A stretch of 17,062 nucleotides of DNA, taken from a virus. The position numbers and the translations under genes were made by a program. Positions 16,216 through 17,062 of the stretch are shown here, piece after piece. The notes under the pieces were generated by a model that saw only the letters and a list, made by a program, of their open reading frames with translations, was not told the DNA's origin and did no database searches. Positions within the stretch are counted from its first letter, which is position 1. The number at the start of each line of letters is the position of its first letter. Location of the stretch: the UHGV virus genome UHGV-0205375, one strand, 5' to 3'.

Positions 16216-16550
16216 ACAGTTTAACAACACACTACCGTCGCTCGCAACTGATTGCGCTTCCTGTACCGGGTGGAAAAGCGAAGGTGGAGTATTGCTATGC
16301 AGTAAATGTACCAGGTGACAGGGAAATTGTAACCCACAGCTTTGCAGAGTGGGCTGTGGGGGATTTCAACCGGCAGAAGGAGACAGTCCTTTGCGACAAG
16401 TTAACCGCTGGTTCAAAGATCACTACGGAGTGCCCGTCAGAGTCATTCGTTGGGAGCCGGAAACACAACGGGTTATCTACCTCCGTGAAGGCTATGAGCA
16501 TGAGTGCTTCAGCCCGCTCGAACAGTTTCGTCGTAAATTCAGGGAAATAG
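16212..16550 (+). CDS. Hypothetical protein between the cII-like and replication genes; frame ambiguity
   Basis: ATG at 16212 overlaps the upstream TGA, and the ORF ends 9 nt before the replication-gene start. The overlapping frame 16349-16570 reads more protein-like in its 3' half ([33 protein letters not shown]...). Confidence 0.35.
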   Translation: MNSLTTHYRRSQLIALPVPGGKAKVEYCYAVNVPGDREIVTHSFAEWAVGDFNRQKETVLCDKLTAGSKITTECPSESFVGSRKHNGLSTSVKAMSMSASARSNSFVVNSGK

Positions 16551-16559
16551 AGGTCGGTC

Positions 16560-17062
16560 ATGAGCACTAAATTAACCGGCTATGTATGGGATGGTTGCGC
16601 TGCGTCAGGCATGAAATTATCCAGCGTGGCAATTATGGCCCGCCTGGCTGATTTCAGTAATGACGAAGGTGTGTGCTGGCCATCAATTGAAACCATTGCC
16701 CGTCAGATTGGCGCGGGGATGAGTACCGTCAGAACGGCTATCGCACGGCTGGAAGCAGAAGGCTGGTTAACGCGTAAGGCGCGTCGCCAGGGTAACCGCA
16801 ATGCGTCGAATGTTTATCAGCTTAACGTTGCGAAGCTTCAGGCAGCGGCATTTTCTCAACTGTCAGATTCTGACCCGTCAAAATCTGACGCATCAAAATC
16901 TGACCCGTCAAAATTTGATGCGTCGAAATCTGGCAAAAAAGCGGGTTTTCACCCGTCAGAATCTGGCGGGGATCCGTCAGTAAAATCAAAACATGATCCG
17001 TCAGATAAAAAAACTTCTCGTCCGGACGCTTCGCAACCGGACACGCAGCCGACCAAACACAC
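16560..17062 (+). CDS. Replication initiator (O-like, HTH N-terminal domain), 5' partial: runs off the window end
   Basis: ATG at 16560 with GAGG 7 nt upstream; open frame to the window end. HTH-like N-terminus (SSVAIMARLADFSNDEGVCWPSIETIARQIGAGMSTVRTAIARLEAEGW) and a repetitive linker (DPSKSDASKSDPSKFDASKSGKK) encoded by the iterons. Confidence 0.7.
   Translation, partial: MSTKLTGYVWDGCAASGMKLSSVAIMARLADFSNDEGVCWPSIETIARQIGAGMSTVRTAIARLEAEGWLTRKARRQGNRNASNVYQLNVAKLQAAAFSQLSDSDPSKSDASKSDPSKFDASKSGKKAGFHPSESGGDPSVKSKHDPSDKKTSRPDASQPDTQPTKH
16869..17010. repeat. Putative replication origin iterons inside the initiator gene
   Basis: Four contiguous 15-bp repeats (TCTGACCCGTCAAAA at 16869-16883 and 16899-16913; TCTGACGCATCAAAA at 16884-16898; TTTGATGCGTCGAAA at 16914-16928), then degenerate CCGTCAGA-type copies and an A-rich tract near 17000-17010. 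Confidence 0.6.

Noticed and set aside
16801-16983. 60-aa ORF composed of repeated QNLTRQNL units
   Set aside because: It is an out-of-frame reading of the 15-bp ori iterons inside the replication-initiator gene.
16860-17010. The iteron block as a CRISPR array
   Set aside because: The repeats are contiguous 15-bp units with no intervening unique spacers, are in frame within a coding sequence, and are typical of lambdoid ori iterons.

Overview
The window reads as a mosaic enterobacterial prophage junction with three parts. (1) 1-7894: the distal end of an e14/Mu-like tail module (baseplate genes, a tail fibre gene, and a Pin/Gin-type invertible host-range segment with its serine invertase), followed by a NUDIX hydrolase + HAD phosphatase cargo pair. 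(2) 8227-8273: a 47-nt 3' fragment of a tRNA-Thr(CGU) gene, i.e. an att core, with no 5' half present. (3) 8287-17062: the att-proximal end of a P22-like lambdoid prophage, with integrase/excisionase, a yfdP-yfdT-like early module including an HD-domain nucleotidase, a CI/Cro immunity region with paired operators, and a replication-initiator gene carrying ori iterons. The best candidate for an undescribed system is a two-gene module in the rex-equivalent position immediately downstream of cI (zinc-ribbon protein + XhlA-like coiled-coil membrane protein). Also notable are a structured ~470-bp non-coding region with an oppositely oriented orphan gene inside the leftward early operon, and the NUDIX+HAD pair sitting where e14 carries mcrA. 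All family assignments are from reading the translations and motifs by eye; no database search was run.
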